Below are positions 10,361-19,848 of a stretch of DNA of 64,000 bases, piece by piece; within the stretch, counting starts at the first letter, position 1; every line of letters starts with the position of its first letter. Source of the DNA: Gemmatimonadales bacterium (GTDB lineage: Bacteria; Gemmatimonadota; Gemmatimonadetes; Gemmatimonadales; Gemmatimonadaceae). The DNA is taken from NCBI GenBank assembly GCA_038212625.1, contig JBBQUH010000005.1, forward strand, positions 31,483-95,482, in the 5' to 3' direction. Position numbers and translations under genes: made by a program. Under the pieces are notes generated by a model. The model saw only the letters and a program-made list of their open reading frames with translations, was not told the origin of the DNA and searched no databases.

Positions 10361-11682
10361 GCCATCAGACCGCCCCACCGCCGCCGATGAATACTGTGGC
10401 CATCTGGAACATGAGTTTCGGATTCCTCGGCATCCAGTTCGGCTGGGCGCTACAGATGGCCAACATGAGCGCTATCTACGAATACCTGGGCGCGACGCCC
10501 GACCAGATCCCGCTGCTTTGGCTGGCCGCACCACTCACCGGATTGCTGGTGCAACCGATCATCGGTCACATCAGCGACCGCACGTGGTCGCCCCGCTTCG
10601 GCCGACGTCGACCGTTTTTCGTGATCGGCGCGGTACTCAGTTCACTGGCGCTGATCGCCATGCCGATGTCGAGCACGCTCTGGATGGCTGCCGGCCTGCT
10701 CTGGATTCTCGACGCCTCCATCAACATCTCCATGGAGCCGTTCCGCGCCTTTGTGGCCGACCTGCTCCCGCCCAGACAGCGCACGCGTGGGTTCGCCACG
10801 CAGAGTCTCTTCATCGGACTCGGCGCAGTGATCGCATCGGCGATGCCCTGGATGCTGACAAACTGGTTTGGTGTAGCGGCGAGTGCGCCTGGGACTATTC
10901 CGGCCACCGTGCGCTACTCGTTTTACGTAGGTGCTGCCGCATTCTTCGGCGCGGTGATGTATACCGTACTCACCACCAAGGAAAAGCCACCGGAAGACAT
11001 GGCCGCGTTCGAGCGTGAACGAGCCAGGAGCGCCGGTATCGCCGCGGGCGCACGGGAGATCCTCGCCGCCATCAAGACGATGCCGGAAACGATGAAGCAA
11101 CTCGCGCTCGTGCAGATCTGTACGTGGCTGGGGCTGTTCTGCATGTGGCTCTACTTCTCCACGGCGGTGGCGCGCGACATCTTCGGTGCGACAGACACCA
11201 GCTCCCCCTTGTATCAGCAAGGCGTAGAGTGGGCGGGGCTCTGTTTCGGGGCCTACTCCGCGGTGTGTTTTGTATTCTCGTTCTTTCTGCCGGGGATGGC
11301 CAAAACATTCGGCGCCAAGCGCACGCACTCGCTCTGTCTGCTGGCGGGTGCTGCCGGATTAGGCTCCGTGGCGGTGATCTCCAATCCCAATCTGCTTCTA
11401 CTGTCCATGGTGGGCGTTGGCATTGCATGGGCCAGTATTCTTTCCATCCCCTACGCGCTGCTCTCCACGTCGCTGCCTGCTGGTAAGACGGGCGTGTTCA
11501 TGGGCATCTTCAATTTCTTCATCGTGATTCCGGAGATCGTGGCCTCGCTGGGCTTCGGGTGGGTGATGAACACATTGCTCGACAACAACCGGATGGCCGC
11601 AGTGGTGGCAGGTGGTGTCTTCATGGCCCTCGCGGCGTTACTGGTATTGCGCGTGAACGTACCGCGCGAGGAGGCCGTGTAA
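10357..11682 (+). CDS. MFS sugar transporter (maltose/sucrose, SLC45-like)
   Basis: IWNMSFGFLGIQFGW, QPIIGHISDRTW..RRRPFF, about 12 TM helices; ATGA overlap with malQ stop. Confidence 0.9.
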   Translation: MSHQTAPPPPMNTVAIWNMSFGFLGIQFGWALQMANMSAIYEYLGATPDQIPLLWLAAPLTGLLVQPIIGHISDRTWSPRFGRRRPFFVIGAVLSSLALIAMPMSSTLWMAAGLLWILDASINISMEPFRAFVADLLPPRQRTRGFATQSLFIGLGAVIASAMPWMLTNWFGVAASAPGTIPATVRYSFYVGAAAFFGAVMYTVLTTKEKPPEDMAAFERERARSAGIAAGAREILAAIKTMPETMKQLALVQICTWLGLFCMWLYFSTAVARDIFGATDTSSPLYQQGVEWAGLCFGAYSAVCFVFSFFLPGMAKTFGAKRTHSLCLLAGAAGLGSVAVISNPNLLLLSMVGVGIAWASILSIPYALLSTSLPAGKTGVFMGIFNFFIVIPEIVASLGFGWVMNTLLDNNRMAAVVAGGVFMALAALLVLRVNVPREEAV

Positions 11683-13529
11683 TGGGCGGGTTGTCCAGAC
11701 TGTGTATCGCGGCCACGCTGCTTCCGTTCGTCAGTCGGGCGCAGGCCCCGGTGATCGAGAAGGTCGAGCCTCCCAACTGGTGGGCCAACCACTCCATCAA
11801 TCCGGTGCGTGTGCTCATTCGCGGGCAGCATCTCACGGGCGCGCGCTTGGAATGCCCTCGGCTCACGTGTGGGCGCGTGCGGGTGAATCCCGCCGGCACG
11901 TATGCTTTCGTGGACGTCACAATTGCCGCGCGCACCGCTCCGGGCTCGTATCCGCTGCGCCTGCGCACCGCCGAGGGCGAAGCGTCGGCCCCGTTCGCGA
12001 TTACCGCCGCACTGCCCACGCTCGGGCGCTTTCAGGGATTCAGTGCCGACGATGTGCTGTACCTGTTGATGCCCGATCGCTTTGCCAATGGCGACACGAC
12101 CAACGACCGGCCCAGCAAGTCGCCCGACATTCTTGATCGGACCAAGGGTCGCTATTACCACGGCGGTGATCTCGCGGGAGTGCGTGAGAGATTGCCGTAT
12201 CTCAAGTCGCTGGGCATCACGGCGATCTGGCTCAATCCGCTCTACGACAATAACGACGGATTGGACCTCAAGGAGACGTACAGCGGGCAGCCCACCACGG
12301 GCTATCACGGCTACGGCGCGACGGATCTGTACGCAGTCGACGAACACCTGGGCACACTCAGCGAGTTCACGCAACTGGTGGATGACGCACACCGACAGGG
12401 CATCAAAATCATCCTCGATATGGTGGCGAATCACACCGGCCCGTATCACCCGTGGGTGAAGAACCCGCCCAATTCCACGTGGTTTCACGGCTCGGAAGCC
12501 GAACACCCCAACAATACGTGGCAGACCTGGACGCTCGCGAGCCAGTACGCCACACCGGCCATGCAACAGGCCACGCTCGACGGCTGGTTCATCAACCTGC
12601 TGCCCGATTTCAACCAGAACGATCCGGACGTCGCCCAGTATCTCATCCAGAACACACTGTGGTGGGTGGGTATGAGCGGCATGGATGGCATCCGTCAGGA
12701 TACGTGGCCCTACGTGCCCCGTGCGTTCTGGCGCGACTGGATGGCCGCGATCAAGCGGCAATATCCCGTACTCACGGTGGTGGGCGAGGTGCTCGATGGC
12801 GATCCCGCGATGATCGCCTTCTTTGAGGGGACGCATGCGGCGCACGATGGTATCCGCACGGGCGTAGACAAGATGTTCGACTTTCCGTTGCACTACGCCA
12901 TCCGCGATGCGTTTGCGAAGGGGCAGTCGGTACGCGCGGTTGCCCAAATGTTGATGCGTGATCATCTCTACGACGATCCGAACAGCTTGGTCACACTGCT
13001 TGGCCTACACGATGTCTCGCGTTTCATGGGTGAAACCGGTGCAACGGCCGATGGCCTCAAACTCGGCTTCACCTTCCTCTTCACCACCCGCGGCGCGCCG
13101 CTGGTGTACTACGGCGATGAAATTGCGCTTGCCGGCGGTCACGACCCGGACAACCGGCGCGATTTTCCCGGTGGCTGGCGCGAGGATACGCGGAACGCCT
13201 TCGCGGCCAGCGGCCGCACGCCACAAGAGCAGTCGGTGTTCGCACACATCCAAATGCTGCTGTCCGCGCGGGCCGCACAGCGCGACCTACGTCGTGGTCC
13301 GATGCGACAACTCCTCGTGACCGACCAGCAGTTCGTGTATCAGCGCGGCGCTCACACGGTGCTGATCAACAATGACACGATCGCGGCAGAGGTGCAGGTG
13401 CCAGCCGTGGTTGCCGGCACCGATGCGCTGGCAACCTGCGGGGCGCCGCGCGTGGCCAATGGTCGCTCGGCGGTCACTATCCCCGCCCGGAGCAGTTGCC
13501 TCTTTGTGGTATCGTCCGCCACGCCGTAA
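11682..13529 (+). CDS. GH13 alpha-amylase / cyclomaltodextrinase-neopullulanase (SusA-like), exported
   Basis: Signal peptide, IEKVEPPNWW N-domain, YLKSLGITAIW, YHGY, DMVANH, DGIRQD / VGEV / LHD catalytic regions; TAATG overlap. Confidence 0.92.
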   Translation: MGGLSRLCIAATLLPFVSRAQAPVIEKVEPPNWWANHSINPVRVLIRGQHLTGARLECPRLTCGRVRVNPAGTYAFVDVTIAARTAPGSYPLRLRTAEGEASAPFAITAALPTLGRFQGFSADDVLYLLMPDRFANGDTTNDRPSKSPDILDRTKGRYYHGGDLAGVRERLPYLKSLGITAIWLNPLYDNNDGLDLKETYSGQPTTGYHGYGATDLYAVDEHLGTLSEFTQLVDDAHRQGIKIILDMVANHTGPYHPWVKNPPNSTWFHGSEAEHPNNTWQTWTLASQYATPAMQQATLDGWFINLLPDFNQNDPDVAQYLIQNTLWWVGMSGMDGIRQDTWPYVPRAFWRDWMAAIKRQYPVLTVVGEVLDGDPAMIAFFEGTHAAHDGIRTGVDKMFDFPLHYAIRDAFAKGQSVRAVAQMLMRDHLYDDPNSLVTLLGLHDVSRFMGETGATADGLKLGFTFLFTTRGAPLVYYGDEIALAGGHDPDNRRDFPGGWREDTRNAFAASGRTPQEQSVFAHIQMLLSARAAQRDLRRGPMRQLLVTDQQFVYQRGAHTVLINNDTIAAEVQVPAVVAGTDALATCGAPRVANGRSAVTIPARSSCLFVVSSATP

Positions 13530-13535
13530 AGGCGC

Positions 13536-13826
13536 TCAGGCGGTGGGGTGGTGTGGCACATCCACCTCACCGTCGGGTGGCGGCTCGTACGCGTAGGTCA
13601 TCACCATCGCCACGATCCACCCCAGAATCGTCCAGCCAAGCAGGAGGTTGATCGCGGTGATCGTCCAGCGGCGGCGGCTGCGCCGCGTCCAGGCCAACAT
13701 CGTGGGCAGCCCATAGAGCAGCACCAAGACCACGATCATGACCCCACCCTTGGGGAGGCCGCCGCCGGTATACCGGGCCGGCGCCTCGGTCAGTTGGGGT
13801 GCCGCGCGCAACAGAAGCGAGAACAT
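13536..13826 (-). CDS. Superinfection immunity protein (T4 Imm-like small membrane protein)
   Basis: LYGLPTMLAWTRR...ITAINLLLGWTILGWIVAMV matches the Y.LP...A..R...I...NL.LGWT..GW pattern; start uncertain. Confidence 0.75.
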   Translation of the reverse strand: MFSLLLRAAPQLTEAPARYTGGGLPKGGVMIVVLVLLYGLPTMLAWTRRSRRRWTITAINLLLGWTILGWIVAMVMTYAYEPPPDGEVDVPHHPTA

Positions 13827-13923
13827 CCCGTAATATATTGGCGGGACCGCCGGGAACCTGCGGGCCGTGACATTCGCGCCAGCTCGCGCCATCATTCCTG
13901 CTTCCTCCCATTAACCAGCCGCC

Positions 13924-14640
13924 ATGTCCGCAGCTCGTCGCGATTTCCTCAAGCACGCCGGACTCGGCGCGGCCGCACTGGCCGGACTCCCCTCCGCGCT
14001 ACACGCCGCCGCCCGCACGTCGGTCGCTACTCCTGAATTTTCATCGGTCGACTGGCAGCAGGGTGTCGAACAGCCGCAGCCTCAGGCCGTTGACACGACG
14101 TGGACGGAGAAGCTCACCGGCAAGTACAAGGCGGTCTTCGACGTGCCGGAGATTCACGGTGGCACCGGGGTGTGGCGCGGGGGGCTCTGGCTCAATCACT
14201 ACCGCGACGTACTCAAGGCCCAGCCCAGCGATCTGAACTCGGTGATCGTGATCCGCCATGCGGCAATCCCGTTGATCATGTCTCAGGCGTACTGGGAAAC
14301 GTACGATGTGGCAAAGGCCAACAAAGTGGTGCACCCGATGACCGACAAGAAAACGCAGCGCAATCCGGTGCTCATGACCCCGACCGAAGACGGTCTCACG
14401 GGCATGCTCGCGGGCCTCACGCTCGACAAGCAAATGGAGCGCGGCGCGATCGTGCTGGCGTGCGGTATGGCGTTCAGTTCAGTGATCCGCACCGTGCGAG
14501 CGAAAGACAAACTGTCAGCCGCCGACGCGCGCACGAAGGCGATGAGCATGGTGCATCCGGGCGTGATCATGCAGCCAAATGGCATCTTCGGCGTGACGCT
14601 GGCCCAGCACCACGGCTGCGTGTTCGTGGCGGCTAGTTGA
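13924..14640 (+). CDS. Tat-exported protein of unknown function (possibly DsrE-like fold)
   Basis: ARRDFLKHAG twin-arginine signal; KAVFDVPE, VIRHAA, LACGMA, HHGCVFV. Confidence 0.65.
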   Translation: MSAARRDFLKHAGLGAAALAGLPSALHAAARTSVATPEFSSVDWQQGVEQPQPQAVDTTWTEKLTGKYKAVFDVPEIHGGTGVWRGGLWLNHYRDVLKAQPSDLNSVIVIRHAAIPLIMSQAYWETYDVAKANKVVHPMTDKKTQRNPVLMTPTEDGLTGMLAGLTLDKQMERGAIVLACGMAFSSVIRTVRAKDKLSAADARTKAMSMVHPGVIMQPNGIFGVTLAQHHGCVFVAAS

Positions 14641-14775
14641 GAGCTAAGAGCTCAGAGCTCAGAGCTCAGAGCTACAGCTGTTTCGCTCTTAGCTCTTAGC
14701 TCTTAGCTCTTAGCTCTTAGCTCTTAGCTCTTAGCTCTTAGCTCTTAGCTCTTAGCTCTTAGCTCTTAGCTCCTA
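14638..14775. repeat. Inverted heptamer tandem array 1
   Basis: 5 x T(G/A/C)AGAGC (14638-14672), central palindrome ACAGCTGT (14674-14681), 12 perfect GCTCTTA (14685-14768) plus GCTCCTA; spans stop codon to stop codon of two convergent genes. Confidence 0.97.
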
Positions 14776-16152
14776 AACCGCATCCGACAGGCTGGAGAAC
14801 GTAAAATCCCTTACCTTGATTGGCGGCATATACGTCGCGCCGCCGGCGCTCAGATTTTCTGTGGCGTTGATCCGGATGGATTCGCCCATTGCTTCCAGAT
14901 TGTTCAGAAAGAAAATGGGCGACTCGTTGAACCGGAAATTCTTGATCGGGCGCGTGACTTTGCCGTTCTCGATCAGAAAGGTGCCATCGCGAGTGAGTCC
15001 GGTATACAGAATCGTTCGTGGGTCCACACCGCGGATATACCAGAAGCGCGTGACCAGAATCCCGCGTTCGGTGCCTTTGATCATGTCGGCGAGACTGGTC
15101 GTGCCGCCGAGCATGCGGAGCGCGCCGCGTCCGCCCGAGCGCGTGGGCTGGACGCCTTGTTTTTGCGCCCAGAATCGGTCGTAGTTGAGGTTCTTCACCA
15201 TGCCGTTTTCAATCCACGTGACCTTCTCCAACGGCATCCCGTCGCCGTCGTAGCCACCGTTGGTGCTGGCGGAGTCGGCGGGATCGCTGAGGAGCGTCAC
15301 GCGCTCATCGACTACCTTGAGCCCGAGCTTGTTGCCGCCGCCGGGCTTGGAGAAAAATGACCGGCCTTCGTCGGCCTGACGCGCCTGCATGGAGTTGGCG
15401 ATCAGCTGCACCAGGTTTCCAACGGCGGTTGGCTCGAGGATCGTGGTGTAGCGGCCCGGCTCGATGGCGACCGGGTTTCGCGACGCCTTCGCCTTCTCCA
15501 CTGCGGTGGCCGCCACGCGCTGCGGATCGAGTTCGCTGAATGCGTTGCCGTCGGTGCAGGCCCACCCCGAGCCCGTACCATCGGGCGAGCGTACGGTCGC
15601 GGTCATCGTCACCGACGAGCTCGAATCGTACGCGAACAGTCCCTTCGAATTCGCCAACGCCGACGCGCCGGCGCGGCATTCGATGAAACCGGTGGCAATC
15701 AGCTCGTTGGCACGCGCGAGTTCGGCCACGATCGTCGCCGCCGCCGCACGTTCGGCCGGATCGGGGAGCGAAATAATCCGTTCGCGCGCGGCCGCATAGG
15801 TCTGCGGCCCGAGTTCCGGCATCCGCTCCGGATTGGGCGGTACCAGCTTGGCGATTTCGAACGCCTGACGCGCCGCCGCCGCCAGCGACGCCTCATCGAG
15901 GCGATTGGTGTTCACACTGGCCGCACGATTCCCGGAGTACGCCGTGATCGTGACCTGTGTGTCCTGGTTTTCGCCCGACGTGGTGACCTGATTCAGCGCG
16001 AAACGCGTGTCCGCGCGCGCACTGCTGTTGATCGACACGCGCGTTTCTTCGGCTGGAGAATTCCGCAGCGCGCGCTGCGCGATCTCCTGCGCCTCGGCGC
16101 GGGTCAGAATCCCCGCCGGTGCGTAGAGGGAACGAGGCCCGAGGTCGCTCAT
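14773..16152 (-). CDS. TldD/PmbA family protein (TldE-like, non-catalytic subunit)
   Basis: TRFALNQVTT, IEPGRYTTILEP, GILVTRFWYIR, TGLTRDGTFLIENG..NFRFNES; no HExxxH seen. Confidence 0.88.
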   Translation of the reverse strand: MSDLGPRSLYAPAGILTRAEAQEIAQRALRNSPAEETRVSINSSARADTRFALNQVTTSGENQDTQVTITAYSGNRAASVNTNRLDEASLAAAARQAFEIAKLVPPNPERMPELGPQTYAAARERIISLPDPAERAAAATIVAELARANELIATGFIECRAGASALANSKGLFAYDSSSSVTMTATVRSPDGTGSGWACTDGNAFSELDPQRVAATAVEKAKASRNPVAIEPGRYTTILEPTAVGNLVQLIANSMQARQADEGRSFFSKPGGGNKLGLKVVDERVTLLSDPADSASTNGGYDGDGMPLEKVTWIENGMVKNLNYDRFWAQKQGVQPTRSGGRGALRMLGGTTSLADMIKGTERGILVTRFWYIRGVDPRTILYTGLTRDGTFLIENGKVTRPIKNFRFNESPIFFLNNLEAMGESIRINATENLSAGGATYMPPIKVRDFTFSSLSDAV

Positions 16153-17780
16153 GCCCGCCTCCCGGTGTTGATAATGTTGGTCTGCTGAAACAGCGACGGC
16201 ACGCAGCCGTGGCTTACCGAATTGGACTGGCCGGGCTGCCCCTTGGCGTCACCGAAGGCCCCGCCCAACTGATAACTGGACGGACCGCCGATCGCCTTGA
16301 GCGACTTCCAGAAATCCGGCGTGCGGAACTGATAGGCCACATCCTTGAGCTGGCCGACGATCTTGCCGCCCTTCACCTCGTAAAACACCTGACCGGCGAA
16401 CTGGCCGTTGTAGCGCTGCTGATCGATCGAGAACGAGCCGTCGCCGACAATGGCGATGCCCTTGTCCATCGAGCTGACCATGCTCTCCCACGTATTCGTG
16501 TTGTTGCCCGGCACCATACTCACGTTAGGCATCCGCTGGAACTGCACGTCCGCCCAACTCTGCGCATACGAGCAGCCGTAAGATCGCACCGGCTTGCCCA
16601 CGCGCTGGTAGTAGTCGGCCATGAGGGTGGCCTGCTCGCGCGTGGTCTGATAGTCCACGAAGACGCCATCTTTAATGATATCGAACTTCACCGGCTTGAC
16701 CGCTTCGTCGTCCCAACCGATGGCGCCCAGCGACCCCGGCTGCTCACGGTCACCCACTACGTTCAGCAGCTCCGACCCGATGCGCAGCTTGCCCAACACC
16801 TGCTCGGGGGGCGCGATAAAGCTGGTGCCGGCATAGTTCGCCTCAAAGCCCAGCGCGCGATCGAGTTCGGTGGGGTGTGCAATCACTTCGTGCACGGTGA
16901 GCCACAAGTTCGACGGATGGAGCAGCAGATCATATCGACCCGGCTCCACCGGCTTGGCACTCAATTTCTGCACCGCCTGCTCCGCCCACTGCGGCGCGCG
17001 TTCGGCGAGCTTGCTGTTGATCACATGCTCGTAGCCCAAGCCCATCGGCGCCACTTCGTTGCTCTGCACCGACTGGAAGTCGGAGAAGTCCGCCGACACC
17101 GCCGTCACCGACATACTCGGCGATGTACGATAGATCGTTTGCACGATGTACGAGCCGTCGCTGGTCATGAGCGACTTCTCTTCGCGCAGAAAGAACATGC
17201 TGGAGGTCACGTTGCGGATGCCTTTCACCGCGAGCGCCGCCTCATTGGCCGCCAGCAACAGCGCGACCTTGTCGGTGATGGCCACATTGAACGGATCGGT
17301 GGTAATCGGGCTCTTCCACTCGCCGATCTGGTTGCCCGGCGTGGGAGCCAGCTGCACCGGGCGGATCTGGCTCGCGCGATTGGCGCGGGCCTGCCCCAGT
17401 GCGGCGCGCGCCGCATTGGTGACGGAGTCGCGATCAAGGCGGCTGGTGGCCGCGAAGCCCCACGCGCCGTCTACCAACGTGCGGACACCGAGTCCGAAGG
17501 TGTCGGTATCACTGACCCCCTGCACGATGCGGTCGCGCGTATTCACGTTTTGTTGGCGGCGCGCGCTGACGCGCACGTCGGCGTAGGAGGCCCCACCCGA
17601 CGTGGCGGCGTCGAGCGCCACCTGCATCAACGCCTTGACGGCGGGATCGTCGATGGCCGGGACGTCACCCAGATGGGGTGAGATCAGGATGGACTCGGCA
17701 GACATCGGGCGGGTGGCAACCAACGTACCGGCGGCCACCGCAGCGCTTGCCTTGAGGAAGTCTCGGCGTGAGCGTGTCAT
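16149..17780 (-). CDS. tldD: TldD-like metalloprotease with Tat signal peptide
   Basis: SRRDFLK signal from ATG 17780; HEVIAH metal motif; QRMPNVS; C-terminal SHGC. Confidence 0.88.
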   Translation of the reverse strand: MTRSRRDFLKASAAVAAGTLVATRPMSAESILISPHLGDVPAIDDPAVKALMQVALDAATSGGASYADVRVSARRQQNVNTRDRIVQGVSDTDTFGLGVRTLVDGAWGFAATSRLDRDSVTNAARAALGQARANRASQIRPVQLAPTPGNQIGEWKSPITTDPFNVAITDKVALLLAANEAALAVKGIRNVTSSMFFLREEKSLMTSDGSYIVQTIYRTSPSMSVTAVSADFSDFQSVQSNEVAPMGLGYEHVINSKLAERAPQWAEQAVQKLSAKPVEPGRYDLLLHPSNLWLTVHEVIAHPTELDRALGFEANYAGTSFIAPPEQVLGKLRIGSELLNVVGDREQPGSLGAIGWDDEAVKPVKFDIIKDGVFVDYQTTREQATLMADYYQRVGKPVRSYGCSYAQSWADVQFQRMPNVSMVPGNNTNTWESMVSSMDKGIAIVGDGSFSIDQQRYNGQFAGQVFYEVKGGKIVGQLKDVAYQFRTPDFWKSLKAIGGPSSYQLGGAFGDAKGQPGQSNSVSHGCVPSLFQQTNIINTGRRA

Positions 17781-17909
17781 GAGCGGGACTGAAGCGGAGA
17801 GGGGAACACTTTGCGTGTTCGGGAGGCATACTAACGTACGCCGACGCGCGGGCTCCTGTTGAGGGGTCGCCGCGCCCGGTCGAGGGATGGACGACCACAC
17901 GGAGCGGCC

Positions 17910-18344
17910 ATGCGTCGGAGACAAGACCGGATCACCCGTTGGAGCAGAGGTTGGGGCAGGAGGATATTCCCGCGACTCGCAGCCACCGCCAGCGTGGCGT
18001 GGTTCGTGGCGCTGGGAGGCTGTGGCAGCGACAACGGGACCGCCCCCCTGGGAGAGCCCTTCCTCTCCGGTCAGGTGACCTCGGTGGTGCCGTCAGGCAG
18101 CGCGGTGATCGTGCTGGTGGAACAGCGTCCGGGCGTCGTGGACGCCGGCGAGAAAGCGCTGGTCCGGGTTGACGACGTCACGGTCGTCCGCCTGCTCAAC
18201 GATCAGCCCGGCACCTATCGGTCGGTCAGCACCGGTCAGTGGGTCCGGGTGTGGTTCGAGGGTGCGGTCTCGGAGTCGTACCCTGTGCAGGGGCTCGCGG
18301 CGCGGGTCGTGATCGATTCACTTGGTGTTGGGCTTCGTCCGTAG
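17910..18344 (+). CDS. DUF3221/YobA-like lipoprotein
   Basis: Lipobox LGGC; GQWVRVWFEGAVSESYPVQG motif; GGAG upstream of ATG 17910. Confidence 0.65.
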   Translation: MRRRQDRITRWSRGWGRRIFPRLAATASVAWFVALGGCGSDNGTAPLGEPFLSGQVTSVVPSGSAVIVLVEQRPGVVDAGEKALVRVDDVTVVRLLNDQPGTYRSVSTGQWVRVWFEGAVSESYPVQGLAARVVIDSLGVGLRP

Positions 18345-18372
18345 TTCGTTCCTCTCTCTGCTTCCTTCCGCC

Positions 18373-19848
18373 ATGTCCCGCCCCCTCTCGCTGGTCGGCG
18401 TCCTTGCCGCCGCCCTCGTCGCCACCCCCCTCGTGTCGGCGCCGCTTCCCGCGCAGCCGCGCTTCAGCGCCCCAGGCGCGCCCACGTCCCTCACGCCGGA
18501 GCAGAAAGTGGCGCGGGCGATTTATCAGGAGCTCGTGGAGATCAACACGGTCGATTCCGTGGGCTCCGTGACCAAAGCTGCTGTCGCGATGGCGGCGCGA
18601 TTCCGCGCGGCCGGATTCGCCGAGTCGGACATTCACCTGGTGGGGCCGGCAAGCGCGCCTGAAAAACAGAATCTCGTGGTCCGCTATCGGGGACGGGGAC
18701 GCGGCAAGCCGATTCTGCTGCTCGCCCACCTCGACGTGGTCGCGGCACTGCGCGCGGATTGGCCGCGCGATCCGTTCGTACTCGTGGAGGAAAACGGTTA
18801 TTTCTTCGGCCGCGGAACGGCCGACGACAAGCCGATGGCCGCGATGCTGGTCGCCAACGTCCTGCGGTACAAGCAGGAAGGGTGGATCCCAGAGCGGGAT
18901 CTGATCGTGGCGCTCACCGCCGACGAAGAAGGGGGCGGCGCCAACGGCGTGGGCTGGCTCATCGCCAACCGCCGCGACCTCATCGATGCCGAGTACGCGA
19001 TCAACGAAGGCGGCGGCGGCACGTTGCAGGACGACAAGCCGCTGTTCCACTCCATTCAGGCGGCCGAGAAGCTCCCCACCAATTTCACGCTGACGGTCCG
19101 CAACACCGGCGGCCACTCGAGTGTCCCCCGCAAGGACAACGCGATTTATCAGTTGGCTAACGCCCTTTCGCGCATCGAGCGGCATGTATTTCCCGTGGCG
19201 CTCAACGACGTCTCGCGTCCCTTCTTCGAGCAGACGGCCAAGGTCGAGATGCCGTCATTGGCCGCGTCGATGCGCGCGATTGTGGCCAACCCCACCGACA
19301 CCGCCGCTGCCCGTGGGATCTCCACCGATCCGCGCTACGCGTCGATGCTGCGCACCAGCTGCGTCGCCACGCGCCTCGCGGCTGGACACGCCGACAACGC
19401 GTTGCCGCAGACGGCCACGGCCAACGTCAACTGCCGGATCGTACCCACCTCGAGCACGGAGGAAGTACTCGCGGTGCTACAGCGGGTGACGGCCGATTCG
19501 CTCGTGGTGGTGACGCTGAATGCCAGCTCGCAGAAGGAGAAGGGTGCCGCACCGCTGGCCATCAACCCGGCGCTGCTCGCGGCAACCACCGCGCTCACCA
19601 AGCAAATGTTCAATGGCGTACCGGTCATTCCCACCATGAGCACGGGCGCGACCGACGGGCGCTTCCTGCGCGCCGCCGGTATCGCCACGTACGGGGTGAG
19701 CGGAATTTTTTCTGCACCGGGCGAAACCAACGCACACGGGCGCGACGAGAAGCTGCGGGTGAAGTCGTTCTACGATGGACTCGACTTCCTGTATCAGCTC
19801 GTCAAGCAGGTGGCCGGACCAGTCACCGGGGCCAAGCCGATCTCCTGA
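18373..19848 (+). CDS. M20/M25/M40 family metallopeptidase, exported
   Basis: Signal peptide, LLAHLDVV, GRGTADDK, ADEE, STGATDG, NAHGRDE. Confidence 0.9.
   Translation: MSRPLSLVGVLAAALVATPLVSAPLPAQPRFSAPGAPTSLTPEQKVARAIYQELVEINTVDSVGSVTKAAVAMAARFRAAGFAESDIHLVGPASAPEKQNLVVRYRGRGRGKPILLLAHLDVVAALRADWPRDPFVLVEENGYFFGRGTADDKPMAAMLVANVLRYKQEGWIPERDLIVALTADEEGGGANGVGWLIANRRDLIDAEYAINEGGGGTLQDDKPLFHSIQAAEKLPTNFTLTVRNTGGHSSVPRKDNAIYQLANALSRIERHVFPVALNDVSRPFFEQTAKVEMPSLAASMRAIVANPTDTAAARGISTDPRYASMLRTSCVATRLAAGHADNALPQTATANVNCRIVPTSSTEEVLAVLQRVTADSLVVVTLNASSQKEKGAAPLAINPALLAATTALTKQMFNGVPVIPTMSTGATDGRFLRAAGIATYGVSGIFSAPGETNAHGRDEKLRVKSFYDGLDFLYQLVKQVAGPVTGAKPIS

Noticed and set aside
13530-13923. Prophage or mobile element around the Imm-like gene
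   Set aside because: No integrase, att repeats, tRNA, phage structural genes or visible composition shift
14638-14775. Heptamer arrays (also 32659-32826) as CRISPR arrays
   Set aside because: Unit is 7 bp with no unique spacers and no cas genes in the window
17804-17820. GAACAC-N5-GTGTTC as a LexA box
   Set aside because: Spacing (GAAC-N9-GTTC) does not fit the GAAC-N4-GTTC box and neighbours are not SOS genes
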